64,000 nt of DNA from contig CP070837.1 in NCBI GenBank assembly GCA_020341815.1, positions 1,044,575 to 1,108,574 of the forward strand, in the 5' to 3' direction. The notes below the pieces were generated by a model. The model saw only the letters and a list, made by a program, of their open reading frames with translations. It was not told where the DNA came from and did no database searches. Source of the stretch: Candidatus Omnitrophota bacterium (GTDB taxonomy: Bacteria > Omnitrophota > Gorgyraeia > JAFGHF01). The position numbers and the translations under genes were made by a program. This document shows, piece by piece, positions 37,560 through 52,418 of this stretch (position 1 is its first letter; every line of letters begins with the position of its first letter).

Positions 37560-38402
37560 TTATTTAACTCTTTTTAAAAGTTTTGTTAACCTTTCCATAT
37601 CATTTGACGAATAATATTCCAATATTATCTTACCTCTTTTGCGTCCGGCCACAATTTTAACCTTTGTTCCTAAGGTTCTCTGCAATTCTTCTTCCAAGGC
37701 AACTATATGAGGATTGCGGGTGAGCTGTTTTTTGTGTCCTGTGCCGCCTACCTTTTTCGTTACCAGATTCTCCAATTCACGCACAGACAGCTGCTGCGTA
37801 ACCGTACGCCTAAATACCCGATCTTGTTCGGGAAGGCTTTTGAGGCCTAAGATCGTGCGGGCATGCCCCATGGAAATCGTTCCCTTGCGTAAAGCAAGTT
37901 TTATCTCTTCTGGCAACTTCAATAAACGCAATGTGTTAGAGATGGAGCTGGGATTCTTGCCCACCAGTTGAGCAATCTTTTCCTGAGTAAAACCAAACTT
38001 TAAAATAAGCTGTTCATAGGCCTGGGCCTCTTCCAGAGGATTCAATTCCTCTCTCTGGATATTTTCAATAAGGGCTAATTGCAGGGCCTCGGCATCTTCC
38101 GCATCTCTAATTACAACGGGCAGTTGCGCAAAACCTAATTCTTTTGCCGCGCGCATTCTTCTTTCACCGGCAATCAATTCATAACCATCCCCCTTAGGGC
38201 GCACTACCACAGGCTGGATTACTCCTTTTTCCTTAATAGAAGCCATGAGCTCCTGCGCCTTTTGAGGATTTCTCTCCTGACGGGGCTGAAAAGGACTAAA
38301 ACTAATCTTATTGATATCTACAGTAACTACATTAGCGCCGGGTTTAACCGGTTTTTCTGGCATTAAGGCGCTCAAGCCCCTGCCTAATACTTTCTTCTGC
38401 AT
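37560..38402 (-). CDS. parB: chromosome partitioning protein ParB
   Basis: LGRGLSAL N-terminal motif. ParB box IQPVVVRP ... GERRMRAAKELG. HTH. Confidence 0.85.
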   Translation of the reverse strand: MQKKVLGRGLSALMPEKPVKPGANVVTVDINKISFSPFQPRQERNPQKAQELMASIKEKGVIQPVVVRPKGDGYELIAGERRMRAAKELGFAQLPVVIRDAEDAEALQLALIENIQREELNPLEEAQAYEQLILKFGFTQEKIAQLVGKNPSSISNTLRLLKLPEEIKLALRKGTISMGHARTILGLKSLPEQDRVFRRTVTQQLSVRELENLVTKKVGGTGHKKQLTRNPHIVALEEELQRTLGTKVKIVAGRKRGKIILEYYSSNDMERLTKLLKRVK

Positions 38403-39168
38403 TTATAGCCTCCTTACCCAGTATTTCCTGGCAAAGCTCTAAATATTTCTGCGCCCCAGGGGAGTTACGATCGTATAAAGCAATGGGTTTACCGAACCCG
38501 GGCGCCTCACTTAAGCGAATATTGCGCGGGATTATTGTATCATAAACCTTGTGCTTGAAGTAGGTTCTGGCCTCAACTATTACTTCATTGGTAAGATTGG
38601 TGCGATAATCAGCCATGGTCAAAAGCACACCCTCAATCTCTAACTCAGGATTTAGATTGTCCTTTACCAGGCTCATAGTATGCGCCAGCTGGCCTAACCC
38701 TTCCAAGGCAAAATATTCACATTGGATAGGAATAATTATGGAGTCGGAAGCAGTAAGGGCATTAATGGTAAGCAAGCCTAAGGAGGGCGGGCAATCAATA
38801 ATTATACAATCGAACTCGTCTTTGACTACCTCCAACGCCCTTTTTAAGCGATACTCCCGGCTCATTACCCCTACAAGCTCTACTTCTGCGCCTGTAAGAT
38901 TGATATTTGAAGGAGCCAAAAAAAGACTGCCGATTGCTGTAGGCAAAATAACTTCGGCGATGCTTGCCTGCTCCAGCATAACATTATATATGCTGGATGC
39001 AATGCCCTGTTTATCTACGCCTACGCCGCTGGTGGCATTACCTTGAGGGTCGATGTCTACTAACAAGACTCTCTTGCCGGCCAAAGCCAAGTAGGCACAA
39101 ATATTAATAGCAGAGGTGGTCTTGCCTGTCCCGCCTTTTTGATTGCATACAGCAATTATTCTACCCAT
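38344..39168 (-). CDS. parA: chromosome partitioning ATPase ParA/Soj
   Basis: Deviant Walker A CNQKGGTGKTT. 59-nt overlap with the annotated parB start. Confidence 0.85.
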   Translation of the reverse strand: MGRIIAVCNQKGGTGKTTSAINICAYLALAGKRVLLVDIDPQGNATSGVGVDKQGIASSIYNVMLEQASIAEVILPTAIGSLFLAPSNINLTGAEVELVGVMSREYRLKRALEVVKDEFDCIIIDCPPSLGLLTINALTASDSIIIPIQCEYFALEGLGQLAHTMSLVKDNLNPELEIEGVLLTMADYRTNLTNEVIVEARTYFKHKVYDTIIPRNIRLSEAPGFGKPIALYDRNSPGAQKYLELCQEILGKEAINAEESIRQGLERLNARKTG

Positions 39169-39190
39169 GTTTCCACGTGAAATGTTTGAG

Positions 39191-39364
39191 TTACTTTAAA
39201 GTAACCTTTACCCGGGCCTGCTTTGCGCCCTTCATGCCAAAAAGCCCTTTGTTTTCCTCGGAAAGGACTTCAATCTTAACCTGGCTTCTGGAAACTCCTA
39301 ATTTTTTCAAGGCAATCTTAATTGCCTCCTGGGGTGTTCGTCCTTCTACCTCAATACTCTTCAT
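39191..39364 (-). CDS. 57-aa Jag_N-like small ORF between yidC and parA
   Basis: Manually translated as MKSIEVEGRTPQEAIKIALKKLGVSRSQVKIEVLSEENKGLFGMKGAKQARVKVTLK. Resembles the N-terminal domain of Jag/KhpB, which normally follows yidC. Below the track cutoff. Confidence 0.4.
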   Translation of the reverse strand: MKSIEVEGRTPQEAIKIALKKLGVSRSQVKIEVLSEENKGLFGMKGAKQARVKVTLK

Positions 39365-39368
39365 ATCG

Positions 39369-41129
39369 TTATATACTAACCGCTTTCTGTTTTTTTCTGA
39401 TTAAAAGCTGCTGTAAGGCCGTAGCCACATTAAAAGTAAACCAATAAAGCACTACGCCCGAAGGAAGACTGGCAAAGATCCAGGTCAAGAATACAGGCAT
39501 CAAGTAGGCCATCATCTTTGCCTGCTCCTGCTGGGCGCCGCCCGCAGTGCCCATGCCTGTAAGCTTCTGCTGCACAAACATACTTATCCCCATAAGGATA
39601 GGTAAGACATAATAAGGGTCCTTTGCAGAAAGGTCCGTTATCCAGCCTATAAAGGGCGCGCCACGTAACTCTATGCTATTATACAAGATACCGTAAAGGG
39701 CAAAGAAAACCGGCATCTGCAGTAAGAGGGGTAAACAACCGCTCTGGCAGCTACTTAATGGATTTACACCCCTTCTGCGATAAAGACCCATAATCTCCTT
39801 ATTCAGTTTTTGGGGATTGTCTTTAAATTTCTCGCGCAGTTCATCCATCTCCGGCTGGATAGATTTCATCTGTTGCTGCATCTTCTGCATTGATTCAAAA
39901 CTGTGGTGGGTAAGGGGATAGAAGAGTATCTTGGTAACCAAACATAATAGAATAATCCCCCAGCCAAAGTTATTTGTCCAGCCGGAAAAGAAAAGCAGGA
40001 TGCGATACATAAACCGGGCAATAGTGCCAAAAAAGCCATAATCTATTGATTTCTCAAGGCTTACGCCAATTTCTTTCAGCCGTTCTCTCTTTTTAGGCCC
40101 CAGATAAAGCCTGAAATTATACGGCTCGCCTGGATCTTTCCCGGACACAGCCAGAGCTGCTTTTTGCTCGCCGGCCTTATTTTTTTCTACTATTACTGCA
40201 TCCGCCGGCTGCAAGGGGATAAGGGCAGTCAAAAAATATTTATTCTCTAAACCGGCCCAGAGTATCTCTCCTTTTTGCCTATGTTCCCGACGGACAAAAA
40301 GATTATTTTCGCTGCGCGAATATTTTTCCGTCTGGGTCCAGGCCTGGCGGCCATTATAAAAACAGCTTACCGGCCCCTGATATCCGTACATCCTGCCTCG
40401 CTGCAGACGGGGCATACCTACATCCGGACCGCAGGATAAAAGAAAATCCGCCTTTTTCCAGCCGCGGAGTGAAATATCTAACCCTATGCTATAATTAGAG
40501 TTGGAGAAGCTGTAAACCTTCTTTATCTTTCGTCCCCGAGAATCGGTATATATAAACTCCAATTGGCCGCTGGGATTGTCGTTACTCAACCTCAAGCCCT
40601 CTTCAGGGCAGCGATATAAAGCGCTATTCAACTCGGAACTCGCCTCTTCGTCGTCCGGAAAGATTATTGCCGGGCTGAAATCGCCGTCAAGCGTAGATGG
40701 CAGAGAGACTAACTGGGCCATCTGCGGCTTTTGTTCTAAGCGCTTAAGCAAGAGCTCTAATTTATTCCTTTCGCGCTGGGAAATCCGTCCTGCGCTAAGC
40801 TGTTTCCGGACAGTCCTGATATCTATTTTTTCCTCGGGATATCGCTTGAGCTCACAGCTCTTAATCCTTGCGCCGCTTTCGGTTATGACTAATCTTACCA
40901 GGTCTGTCTCTACCACGAAATCTCTGGCCGAGCTTATTATCCCGGGGCTGACAGCGCTTTCCGGCATCCGGCCTGAAGGCTGCGCAGGGCGATAAGGTGC
41001 AATGGTCTCTTTTGTTTGCCCGGGAACAACCTCCTGCTCTGCAGGGGGATATTTCCGAGCCATCATATAGTTGTAACTCATTATTACCAATAATGATAGG
41101 AATAAAGCAAGCGCAGTCCTTTTGCCCAT
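39369..41129 (-). CDS. yidC: membrane protein insertase YidC
   Basis: Large periplasmic domain plus conserved C-terminal 5-TM core (GWGIIL ... NPL ... P). Confidence 0.9.
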   Translation of the reverse strand: MGKRTALALFLSLLVIMSYNYMMARKYPPAEQEVVPGQTKETIAPYRPAQPSGRMPESAVSPGIISSARDFVVETDLVRLVITESGARIKSCELKRYPEEKIDIRTVRKQLSAGRISQRERNKLELLLKRLEQKPQMAQLVSLPSTLDGDFSPAIIFPDDEEASSELNSALYRCPEEGLRLSNDNPSGQLEFIYTDSRGRKIKKVYSFSNSNYSIGLDISLRGWKKADFLLSCGPDVGMPRLQRGRMYGYQGPVSCFYNGRQAWTQTEKYSRSENNLFVRREHRQKGEILWAGLENKYFLTALIPLQPADAVIVEKNKAGEQKAALAVSGKDPGEPYNFRLYLGPKKRERLKEIGVSLEKSIDYGFFGTIARFMYRILLFFSGWTNNFGWGIILLCLVTKILFYPLTHHSFESMQKMQQQMKSIQPEMDELREKFKDNPQKLNKEIMGLYRRRGVNPLSSCQSGCLPLLLQMPVFFALYGILYNSIELRGAPFIGWITDLSAKDPYYVLPILMGISMFVQQKLTGMGTAGGAQQEQAKMMAYLMPVFLTWIFASLPSGVVLYWFTFNVATALQQLLIRKKQKAVSI

Positions 41130-41286
41130 AAATTACATCTCCTCAATAAACACTGGACTTATAGAGCACAAAGTGCGAGATAAGTCCATCTTCTTTAGTT
41201 GTTCCTCGTAGTTTGTGTGAATTAATCCCGAAGCTTAAGGGGAAATTGTCGAAGAGAATTTCCCCTTGTTTAAGCAAGGGATAAGC

Positions 41287-41529
41287 TCATGCTTCATTTA
41301 CCGGATCAAAAAAGCCCCTCCGGCTAAATGGATGGCAACGCAACAGGCGCCCCAGAGACATCCTCAAACCCCGCCACAAGCCTTTTTTTTCCACAGCCTC
41401 CCGGGCATAAGCAGAACAGCTGGGATAGAATCTACATCTTGGTAACATCAAGCAAGATATAGAGTTACGATAAAAATCGATGGCAGAGATAACAGCCTTC
41501 TTAAGCACCTTTTGAATTATGCCTGGCAT
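41287..41529 (-). CDS. yidD: membrane protein insertion efficiency factor YidD
   Basis: Conserved FYPSCSAYA motif. 80 aa. Confidence 0.8.
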   Translation of the reverse strand: MPGIIQKVLKKAVISAIDFYRNSISCLMLPRCRFYPSCSAYAREAVEKKGLWRGLRMSLGRLLRCHPFSRRGFFDPVNEA

Positions 41530-41987
41530 TTTAATAATTTTGCTTTCTGCGCAAGAGAGAGAAGCTCCGCGGTTATTTCTCCAAAACCCGTAGTCTTTTT
41601 AATATTACGGGCTACTATTACTATATCATAACCCTGCAAAAAGCGCATTTTGTTCAGACGATAAGCCTCCCGCAGGCGCCGCTGGATATAATGTCGTCGG
41701 ACGCTTAACCTGAACCTCTTTTTAGTGACCGATAAGCCCATCCGGCTAAGCTTCAGCTTATTGGGCATAAAGAATAAAGTCAAAAGGGGCCCACTTTGTC
41801 TGCGGCCCCGCATATAGACTTCTCTAAACTGACGGTTGCGCCGGAGCTTCTGTTGTTTGCTCTGGTCTGGCTTCACCCCGCTCTTCTTTTCATCCCTTAG
41901 CTCATAAGCACTTTTTTGCAGAGTAGAACTGCCACGAAGCCTCTCTGTGCCATTTGCCTTAGGGGTTTTAGGAAGGGCGGGGTTCAT
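41517..41987 (-). CDS. rnpA: ribonuclease P protein component
   Basis: Basic protein with [10 protein letters not shown] ... LTLFF region matching RnpA. ATG overlaps the rpmH stop (ATGA). Confidence 0.75.
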   Translation of the reverse strand: MNPALPKTPKANGTERLRGSSTLQKSAYELRDEKKSGVKPDQSKQQKLRRNRQFREVYMRGRRQSGPLLTLFFMPNKLKLSRMGLSVTKKRFRLSVRRHYIQRRLREAYRLNKMRFLQGYDIVIVARNIKKTTGFGEITAELLSLAQKAKLLKCQA

Positions 41988-42121
41988 GGAGTAAGCGTCT
42001 TTTTGCCTTTTCGGCGCCGGCGGGCAATAACAGCCCTGCCGGAAGCCCCTGACATCCGTCGGCGAAATCCATGTTTCCTTTTTTTCTTAAGATTGGTCTT
42101 TACCCTAAGCGTCTTCTTCAT
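41984..42121 (-). CDS. rpmH: 50S ribosomal protein L34 (45 aa, absent from ORF track)
   Basis: Manually translated as [45 protein letters not shown], matching the L34 consensus. Canonical position upstream of rnpA, adjacent to the origin. Confidence 0.85.
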   Translation of the reverse strand: MKKTLRVKTNLKKKRKHGFRRRMSGASGRAVIARRRRKGKKTLTP

Positions 42122-42230
42122 ATTTATTAGAGGCAATTATAACATAAAGATTTTTTAAGTCAAGTAAAATCTGCCCAAAGGGTAAAAAATATCCGGCTCC
42201 TTATTTCTTGTGAATTTTTAAAAAAATCTC

Positions 42231-42259
42231 TTGCCAAGGCCTCAAGGCTCTGCTATAAT
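42231..42259 (+). promoter_or_regulatory. sigma70-type dnaA promoter (TTGCCA-17-TATAAT) followed by a DnaA box
   Basis: -35 TTGCCA at 42231-42236, 17-bp spacer, -10 TATAAT at 42254-42259. DnaA box tgtggataa at 42286-42294, within a near-palindrome ttatcctgtggataa. Confidence 0.55.
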
Positions 42260-42316
42260 TACAAAACTGAACACAGTTTTATCCTGTGGATAACTTGTGA
42301 ATAAACAGGGGAGAGG

Positions 42317-43690
42317 ATGGAAGGCTTAGCAGAACAGCTTTGGAGGCAAATCCTGGACACAGCCAAGGAAACTTTAGGCGAACAAAGCTTCGAGACCTGG
42401 TTTCGCCCTATAAGAGTGCAGGATTTCTCAGAGAATACACTGACCCTGGAGCTGCCAAATAAGTTTTTCCAGACCTGGATAAAAGAGCACTATCTGGGAT
42501 TGATTAAACAGGCCTTAAGCTCCGCTATTCAGAAAGATGATGTAGAGGTGCAGCTGGTGTTGACGCAGGCAGAACCGCTTTCTTCGCCGGAGAAAAAAGA
42601 AGAGCCCAAACCAAGGCGGTGGTTTTTTCGCAAACCTCCTCAGCCGCAACAAGAGACTCAATCCGCTGATTCCTTCAAGGTAGATGCCCGCTACAGCTTT
42701 GAGAATTTTGTGGTAGGCCCGAGTAACCGATTTGCCCACGCCGCCTCTATGGCGGTGGGAGAGTCTCCGGCCCGCTCTTACAATCCCTTGTTTATCTACG
42801 GAGGGGTGGGGTTAGGAAAAACACACCTGATGCAGGCCATCGGCGGGCACATCCTGAAAAACAACCCCCGGCTTAAAGTAACTTATATCTCCAGCGAAAA
42901 GTTTACCAATCAACTAATCAGCGCTATTCAGCACCGCACCACTACGAACTTCAGGGAAAAATACCGCCATGTGGATATCCTGTTAATCGACGATATCCAT
43001 TTTATCGGCGGCAAAGAGGCCACCCAGGAAGAGTTTTTCCATACTTTCAATGCTCTTTACGACGCCCATAAACAGATTGTCCTTTCCAGCGACCGGCCCC
43101 CGAAAGATATCCCCACCTTGGAAGAAAGGCTGGTTTCCCGTTTTGAATGGGGCCTGGTTACCGACATCCAGCCTCCGGATTTAGAAACCCGCATCGCCAT
43201 CCTGAAGAAAAAACTCGAACAGAATAAAATCGATGTGCCCGACGATGTTATCTTTTTCATCGCCGACAAAGTCCGGCTGAATATCCGTGAGCTGGAAGGG
43301 GCGCTGATTCGGGTGGTGGCCTACTCCTCTTTAACCAATGAAAAAATTACCCTGGATTTGGCCCGCTCCGTCTTAAAAGACATGCTGCTGGAAGACAAAA
43401 AACTCTCTGTTGAAGCTATTCAGAAAAAAGTGGCTGCCCATTTCGATATCCGTATCCTGGATTTAAAAGCGAAAAAGAGAAATCGGGCGGTAGTTTACCC
43501 CCGTCAGATTGCCATGTATCTCACCCGTACTCTTACTGATTTTTCCTTACCGGAAATAGGCGAATATTTCGGGGGCAGAGACCATACTACAGTCCTCTAT
43601 GCTTACGACAAGATCCAGAGGGATTCAAAAAAGGACTCGAACTTACAAGACCTGCTTGACAGATTGGTAATGGATATAAGAAGTGATTAA
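42317..43690 (+). CDS. dnaA: chromosomal replication initiator DnaA
   Basis: AAA+ Walker A GGVGLGKTHL. Box VII and the C-terminal DNA-binding signature (YPRQIAMYL ... GGRDHTTV). Confidence 0.95.
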   Translation: MEGLAEQLWRQILDTAKETLGEQSFETWFRPIRVQDFSENTLTLELPNKFFQTWIKEHYLGLIKQALSSAIQKDDVEVQLVLTQAEPLSSPEKKEEPKPRRWFFRKPPQPQQETQSADSFKVDARYSFENFVVGPSNRFAHAASMAVGESPARSYNPLFIYGGVGLGKTHLMQAIGGHILKNNPRLKVTYISSEKFTNQLISAIQHRTTTNFREKYRHVDILLIDDIHFIGGKEATQEEFFHTFNALYDAHKQIVLSSDRPPKDIPTLEERLVSRFEWGLVTDIQPPDLETRIAILKKKLEQNKIDVPDDVIFFIADKVRLNIRELEGALIRVVAYSSLTNEKITLDLARSVLKDMLLEDKKLSVEAIQKKVAAHFDIRILDLKAKKRNRAVVYPRQIAMYLTRTLTDFSLPEIGEYFGGRDHTTVLYAYDKIQRDSKKDSNLQDLLDRLVMDIRSD

Positions 43691-43720
43691 GCCATCCGTG
43701 ACTTAGTCCCGAGACGAGTC

Positions 43721-43812
43721 TGTGGATAAGATGTGGATAGAATACCAGACTTATCCACAAGGTTTTAAGTTTGTTATTCTTTACATTTATTGAAGTAACG
43801 AAGTTATCCACA
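43721..43812. promoter_or_regulatory. DnaA-box cluster (oriC segment) between dnaA and dnaN
   Basis: tgtggataa (43721-29), tgtggatag (43733-41), ttatccaca (43751-59), ttatccaca (43804-12). AT-rich stretch between them. Confidence 0.7.
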
Positions 43813-43881
43813 GTTTCCTCAAGACTTACTATTACGACTACTTATTTTTCTATCTAAAAGAGAATATAAGGAGAACAAAAA

Positions 43882-44975
43882 ATGAAAATAAAAACATCTA
43901 AAGAATCTTTATTAAAAGCGGTTCAGACGCTCCAAAGTGTTATTTCCACAAAAAGCACTCTCCCTGTTCTCTCTAATTTTCTCTTAGAGGCCCAGAAGGA
44001 TAAAATTCTTATGGCTGCCACAGACCTGGACGTAGGCATTTCGCTTGATTTTTCTCCCATAGAAATAAATGAGGAAGGCAGTATTACTGTTCCGGCCAAG
44101 AAATTTCTGGATATTATTAAGGATTTACCCGCAGGGGATATAACTGTAACCGTGAGGAAGAATAATTCTATTTCCATTGAATCGCAAAAATGCTTCTTCA
44201 GGTTGATGGGCCTGCCTAAAGACGAGTTTCCTAAATTGCCGAAACTTCACGAAAAAGAAAGTATCAGTCTGGATCAGCGATTGTTGAAGAATATGCTTAA
44301 CCTTACCTCTTTTGCGGTTTCTCGCGATGAGACCAGATACATACTGACCGGCGTCCTTTTTTTGGTTGAAGGTAAAAGAGTAAGATTTGTAGCTACCGAC
44401 GGAAGAAGATTGGCTTTAATCGAAAAAGAAATGAACGAGGCCCAGCGCTTTAAGAAAGAAGTTATCGTTCCTATTAAGGCGATTCAGGAATTAACGCGCA
44501 ACTTAAAAGACGAGGGCGTGGTAAAAATAGTTTTCGGAGAAAATCAGATTTCTTTTCAATTCGATAATATAACGCTTATTTCCCGTCTTATCGAGGGGCA
44601 ATTTCCTAACTATGAACAGGTAATCCCCAAAGGAGGCAAGGATAAGGTTGTTATTGACCGGGAGAGATTTCTCTGGGCCGCAAAAAGGGTTGCTATTTTA
44701 ACTTCTGCCGATTCACAGTCGATAAAATTAGATTTATTTAAGGATAAATTAATCTTTTCTAAAAACAGTCCGGATATGGGTGAAGCCCGGGAAGAAATAG
44801 ATATCGAGCATAGGGGGGGAGAGTTTTCCGTAGGTTTTAACCCGCAATATTTAATCGATGCCTTAAAGACGCTTAAGGATCAGGATATCAGTTTGGAATT
44901 GACGGGTTCGGAAAGCCCGGGTATAATCAGGGCCCAGGGCAGTTATGTTTATATAGTTTTACCGATGCAACTAGC

Positions 44976-44979
<4 letters not shown>
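43882..44979 (+). CDS. dnaN: DNA polymerase III beta sliding clamp
   Basis: Three-domain ~365 aa protein. The N-terminus MKIKTSKESLLKAVQTLQSVI is typical of DnaN. Confidence 0.9.
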
Positions 44980-49387
<4,408 letters not shown>

Positions 49388-49389
49388 CT

Positions 49390-51822
49390 ATGTATACAAA
49401 AGGCGAAAAGATAGTACCCGTTTATATCGAAAATGAAATGAAGGATTCCTATGTTTCCTATGCCATGAGCGTAATCGTGGGACGGGCGCTTCCCGATGTG
49501 CGCGACGGCCTCAAGCCCGTGCACCGACGGATTCTTTATGCGATGAAAGAGCTGCACCTGGAGCACAGCAAGCCTTATAAGAAATGCGCGCGTATAGTTG
49601 GAGACACCCTTGGCCGTTTTCACCCGCATGGTGACACGGCGGTATTTGATGCCCTGGTGCGTATGGTTCAGGATTTTTCCTTAAGGTATCCTTTAGTTGA
49701 CGGTCAGGGGAATTTTGGCTCAATCGACGGGGATGCTGCGGCGGCTATGCGTTATGTTGAAGCACGCTTAAGCTCGATTACCGATTGGATGCTTAAAGAC
49801 CTGGAAAAAGAAACCGTCAACTTTGTGCCCAATTTCGACGAATCTATGACCGAGCCCTCGGTCCTGCCGGCGGTTTTGCCAAATCTTCTGGTAAACGGCT
49901 CAAGCGGCATAGCCGTGGGTATGGCTACCAATATCCCGCCGCATAATCTGGGTGAGATAATTGAGGGAGTTAAGCTGGTTATCGATGAGCCCGATTGCGA
50001 GATAAAAGAATTGATGCGCCTGATTAAAGGCCCGGACTTTCCCACCGGCGGATTTATCTGCGGGCGGGAAGGGATAAAGCATGCCTACACCTCAGGGCGC
50101 GGGCGGCTTAAGGTGCGCGCCAAGGCCAATATCGAACAGCAGAAAAGCGGCAAAGAGGCCATTGTAATTTCCGAGATACCCTACCAGGTAAATAAAACAA
50201 ACGTAATCAACTCTATCGCCAAGCTGGTGCAGGACAGAAAGATAGACGGCATCAGCGACTTAAGAGACGAGTCAGATAAAGACGGAATGCGTATTGTGGT
50301 AGAGCTGCGCCGGGGGGCAATAGCCCAGGTGGTGCTTAATCATTTATTTAAGCAGACCCAGATGGAAGAGACCTTTGGCGTAATTCTGCTTGCCCTGGTG
50401 GACAACCAGCCGCGCATTCTCAACCTGAAGCAACTGCTTGAGCTTTATATCGAGCATCGCAAAGAGATAATTATCCGCCGCACCACCTTTGACCTGCGCC
50501 GGGCGGAGGAACGGGCGCATATCTTAGAGGGTTTGAAGATTGCCCTTTCGCATCTGGATAAAGTTATTAAAACTATTAGAGAGTCCAAGACGCCCCAGAT
50601 TGCCAAAGAGCAATTGATGAAGAAGTTTTCTTTAAGTGAAAGACAGGCCCAGGCGATTCTGGAGATGCAGCTTCAGAGGCTGACCGCTCTTGAGCGCGAT
50701 AAAATCGACCAGGAATATCTGGAGCTGATTAAAAAGATTGAGCAGCTCAAAAGCATCTTGGCCAGCGAAAAAAAGGTCTTGGGGATTATCAAGGATGAGC
50801 TGGATGAGCTGAAGAAGAAATTCGGCGACGACAGAAGAACGCAGGTTGTGGGCGAGGCCGAGGATCTGGAAATAGAAGACTTGATTGCCGAGGAAGATGT
50901 TATTATTACCATTACTCATTCCGGCTATATAAAGCGCCTTCCGGTAAGCGCATACAAGCGGCAGCGCCGGGGCGGAAGAGGCGTAACCGCAATGGGGACG
51001 AAAGAGGAGGATTTTGCCGAGCATCTTTTCCTTGCCTCAACGCATGAATATATTCTTTTCTTCACTAATAAAGGAAAAGTCTATTGGCTAAAAGTGCATG
51101 AGATTCCTCAAGGAGGACGCCTTTCCAAGGGTAAGGCAATCGTCAATCTTCTGCAGGTGGAGTCGGGTGAGAAAATCTCCGCGCACGTCCCGGTAAAAGA
51201 GTTCGACCCCAAGAAATACCTTGTTTTGGTTACCAAACAGGGTTTGATTAAAAAGACCTGCCTGGATGCCTTCAGTAATCCGCGCCGCGCGGGTATCGTA
51301 GCTATTTCCCTTGAGTCCGGAGATGAATTGATTGCAGCCACCCTTACCGACGGAAAACACGAAGTCTTTCTGGCCAGCCGCCAGGGCAAGGCCCTGCGCT
51401 TTAAGGAAAGCGATGTGCGCGATATGGGTAGAACTGCCAAGGGCGTGCGGGCAATAAAATTGCGCAAGAACGATGAGGTAATCGGGATGGAAATCGTCAG
51501 GCCCGAGGCCACGCTGCTTACGGTAACCTCAGGCGGTTTTGGCAAGAGGACCCCGTTTAAGGACTACAGGCTGCAGTCCCGCGCCGGACAAGGAGTTATC
51601 AATATTAAAGTGACCAGTAAAAATGGCGAGGTCGTCGGCCTCAAATCCGTTAACGATAAAGATGAAGTAATGATTATCACTCAAAACGGGATGGTAGTGC
51701 GCTGTCCCGTCAAGGATATTCGCACCGTGGGCAGAAATACTCAAGGCGTGCGGATAATCCGCCTGGGGCAAAAAGATAAGGTTTCATCGATTGCCTCGGT
51801 AGTAAAGAAGGAAGAAGAATAG
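49390..51822 (+). CDS. gyrA: DNA gyrase subunit A
   Basis: Catalytic-Tyr region [12 protein letters not shown]-terminal beta-pinwheel repeats. 810 aa. Confidence 0.95.
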   Translation: MYTKGEKIVPVYIENEMKDSYVSYAMSVIVGRALPDVRDGLKPVHRRILYAMKELHLEHSKPYKKCARIVGDTLGRFHPHGDTAVFDALVRMVQDFSLRYPLVDGQGNFGSIDGDAAAAMRYVEARLSSITDWMLKDLEKETVNFVPNFDESMTEPSVLPAVLPNLLVNGSSGIAVGMATNIPPHNLGEIIEGVKLVIDEPDCEIKELMRLIKGPDFPTGGFICGREGIKHAYTSGRGRLKVRAKANIEQQKSGKEAIVISEIPYQVNKTNVINSIAKLVQDRKIDGISDLRDESDKDGMRIVVELRRGAIAQVVLNHLFKQTQMEETFGVILLALVDNQPRILNLKQLLELYIEHRKEIIIRRTTFDLRRAEERAHILEGLKIALSHLDKVIKTIRESKTPQIAKEQLMKKFSLSERQAQAILEMQLQRLTALERDKIDQEYLELIKKIEQLKSILASEKKVLGIIKDELDELKKKFGDDRRTQVVGEAEDLEIEDLIAEEDVIITITHSGYIKRLPVSAYKRQRRGGRGVTAMGTKEEDFAEHLFLASTHEYILFFTNKGKVYWLKVHEIPQGGRLSKGKAIVNLLQVESGEKISAHVPVKEFDPKKYLVLVTKQGLIKKTCLDAFSNPRRAGIVAISLESGDELIAATLTDGKHEVFLASRQGKALRFKESDVRDMGRTAKGVRAIKLRKNDEVIGMEIVRPEATLLTVTSGGFGKRTPFKDYRLQSRAGQGVINIKVTSKNGEVVGLKSVNDKDEVMIITQNGMVVRCPVKDIRTVGRNTQGVRIIRLGQKDKVSSIASVVKKEEE

Positions 51823-51825
51823 ATT

Positions 51826-52011
51826 ATGAAAGGAATTCTCAAATTAAACAAACACAATAAAGATAAAGAAATAGACTTTGAATTAAATTATCTTAAGTCA
51901 TTATCCTTTCAGCAGAGGCTGCAAATGTGTTTGCAAAAGTCTAAAGAAATGAAGGAGCTTTTAAAGAAAAGTGGGCACAGAAAGACTTTTGAAATTATTA
52001 AAAGGACATAA
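51826..52011 (+). CDS. small ORF (61 aa), putative partner of the downstream nucleotidyltransferase
   Basis: AT-rich. Overlaps the NTase start by 41 nt in another frame. Weak similarity to the 57-aa ORF at 7436-7609 (shared ...D/N-YLK-x-h-x-F segment). Confidence 0.3.
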   Translation: MKGILKLNKHNKDKEIDFELNYLKSLSFQQRLQMCLQKSKEMKELLKKSGHRKTFEIIKRT

Positions 52012-52417
52012 GGTAGATTTCGTAATTATCGGCGCTACCGCCTTTCCTCTCTACGGCTATGCGCGTGCTACATTGGATATAGATATTTTTATTCGCCCCG
52101 AGGAAAATAATGCCAAAAAGACCTGGCGGGCTTTAAGGAAATTCGGGTATGATTTAAGCGATGTAACTATAGAAGATTTAATGAGTAAAAAATTATTAAT
52201 TCGTCAATACAACGTAGAAACAGACATTCACCCTTTTGTAAAAGGCATCACTTTTAAAAGGGTATGGAAGAACAAACTGCGGGCAAAATTTGGCCATACC
52301 TTTGTATATTTCGCTGCGCTTGAGGATTTGATCAAGATGAAGAAGGCTGCGGCGCGGCCTCAGGATTTAGAAGATCTTAAATATTTAAACAGATTAGCCA
52401 AAAAACATAAAAGCTAA
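51971..52417 (+). CDS. minimal nucleotidyltransferase-fold protein, paralogue of ORF 7620-8150
   Basis: VDFVIIGATAFPLYGYARATLDIDIFI NTase signature. AT-rich. Ends 1 nt before tRNA-Glu. Confidence 0.6.
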   Translation: MGTERLLKLLKGHKVDFVIIGATAFPLYGYARATLDIDIFIRPEENNAKKTWRALRKFGYDLSDVTIEDLMSKKLLIRQYNVETDIHPFVKGITFKRVWKNKLRAKFGHTFVYFAALEDLIKMKKAAARPQDLEDLKYLNRLAKKHKS

Positions 52418-52418
52418 C

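Noticed and set aside
39177-39404. 75-aa plus-strand ORF
   Set aside because: Antisense to the better-supported Jag_N-like ORF and the yidC 3' end. No SD.
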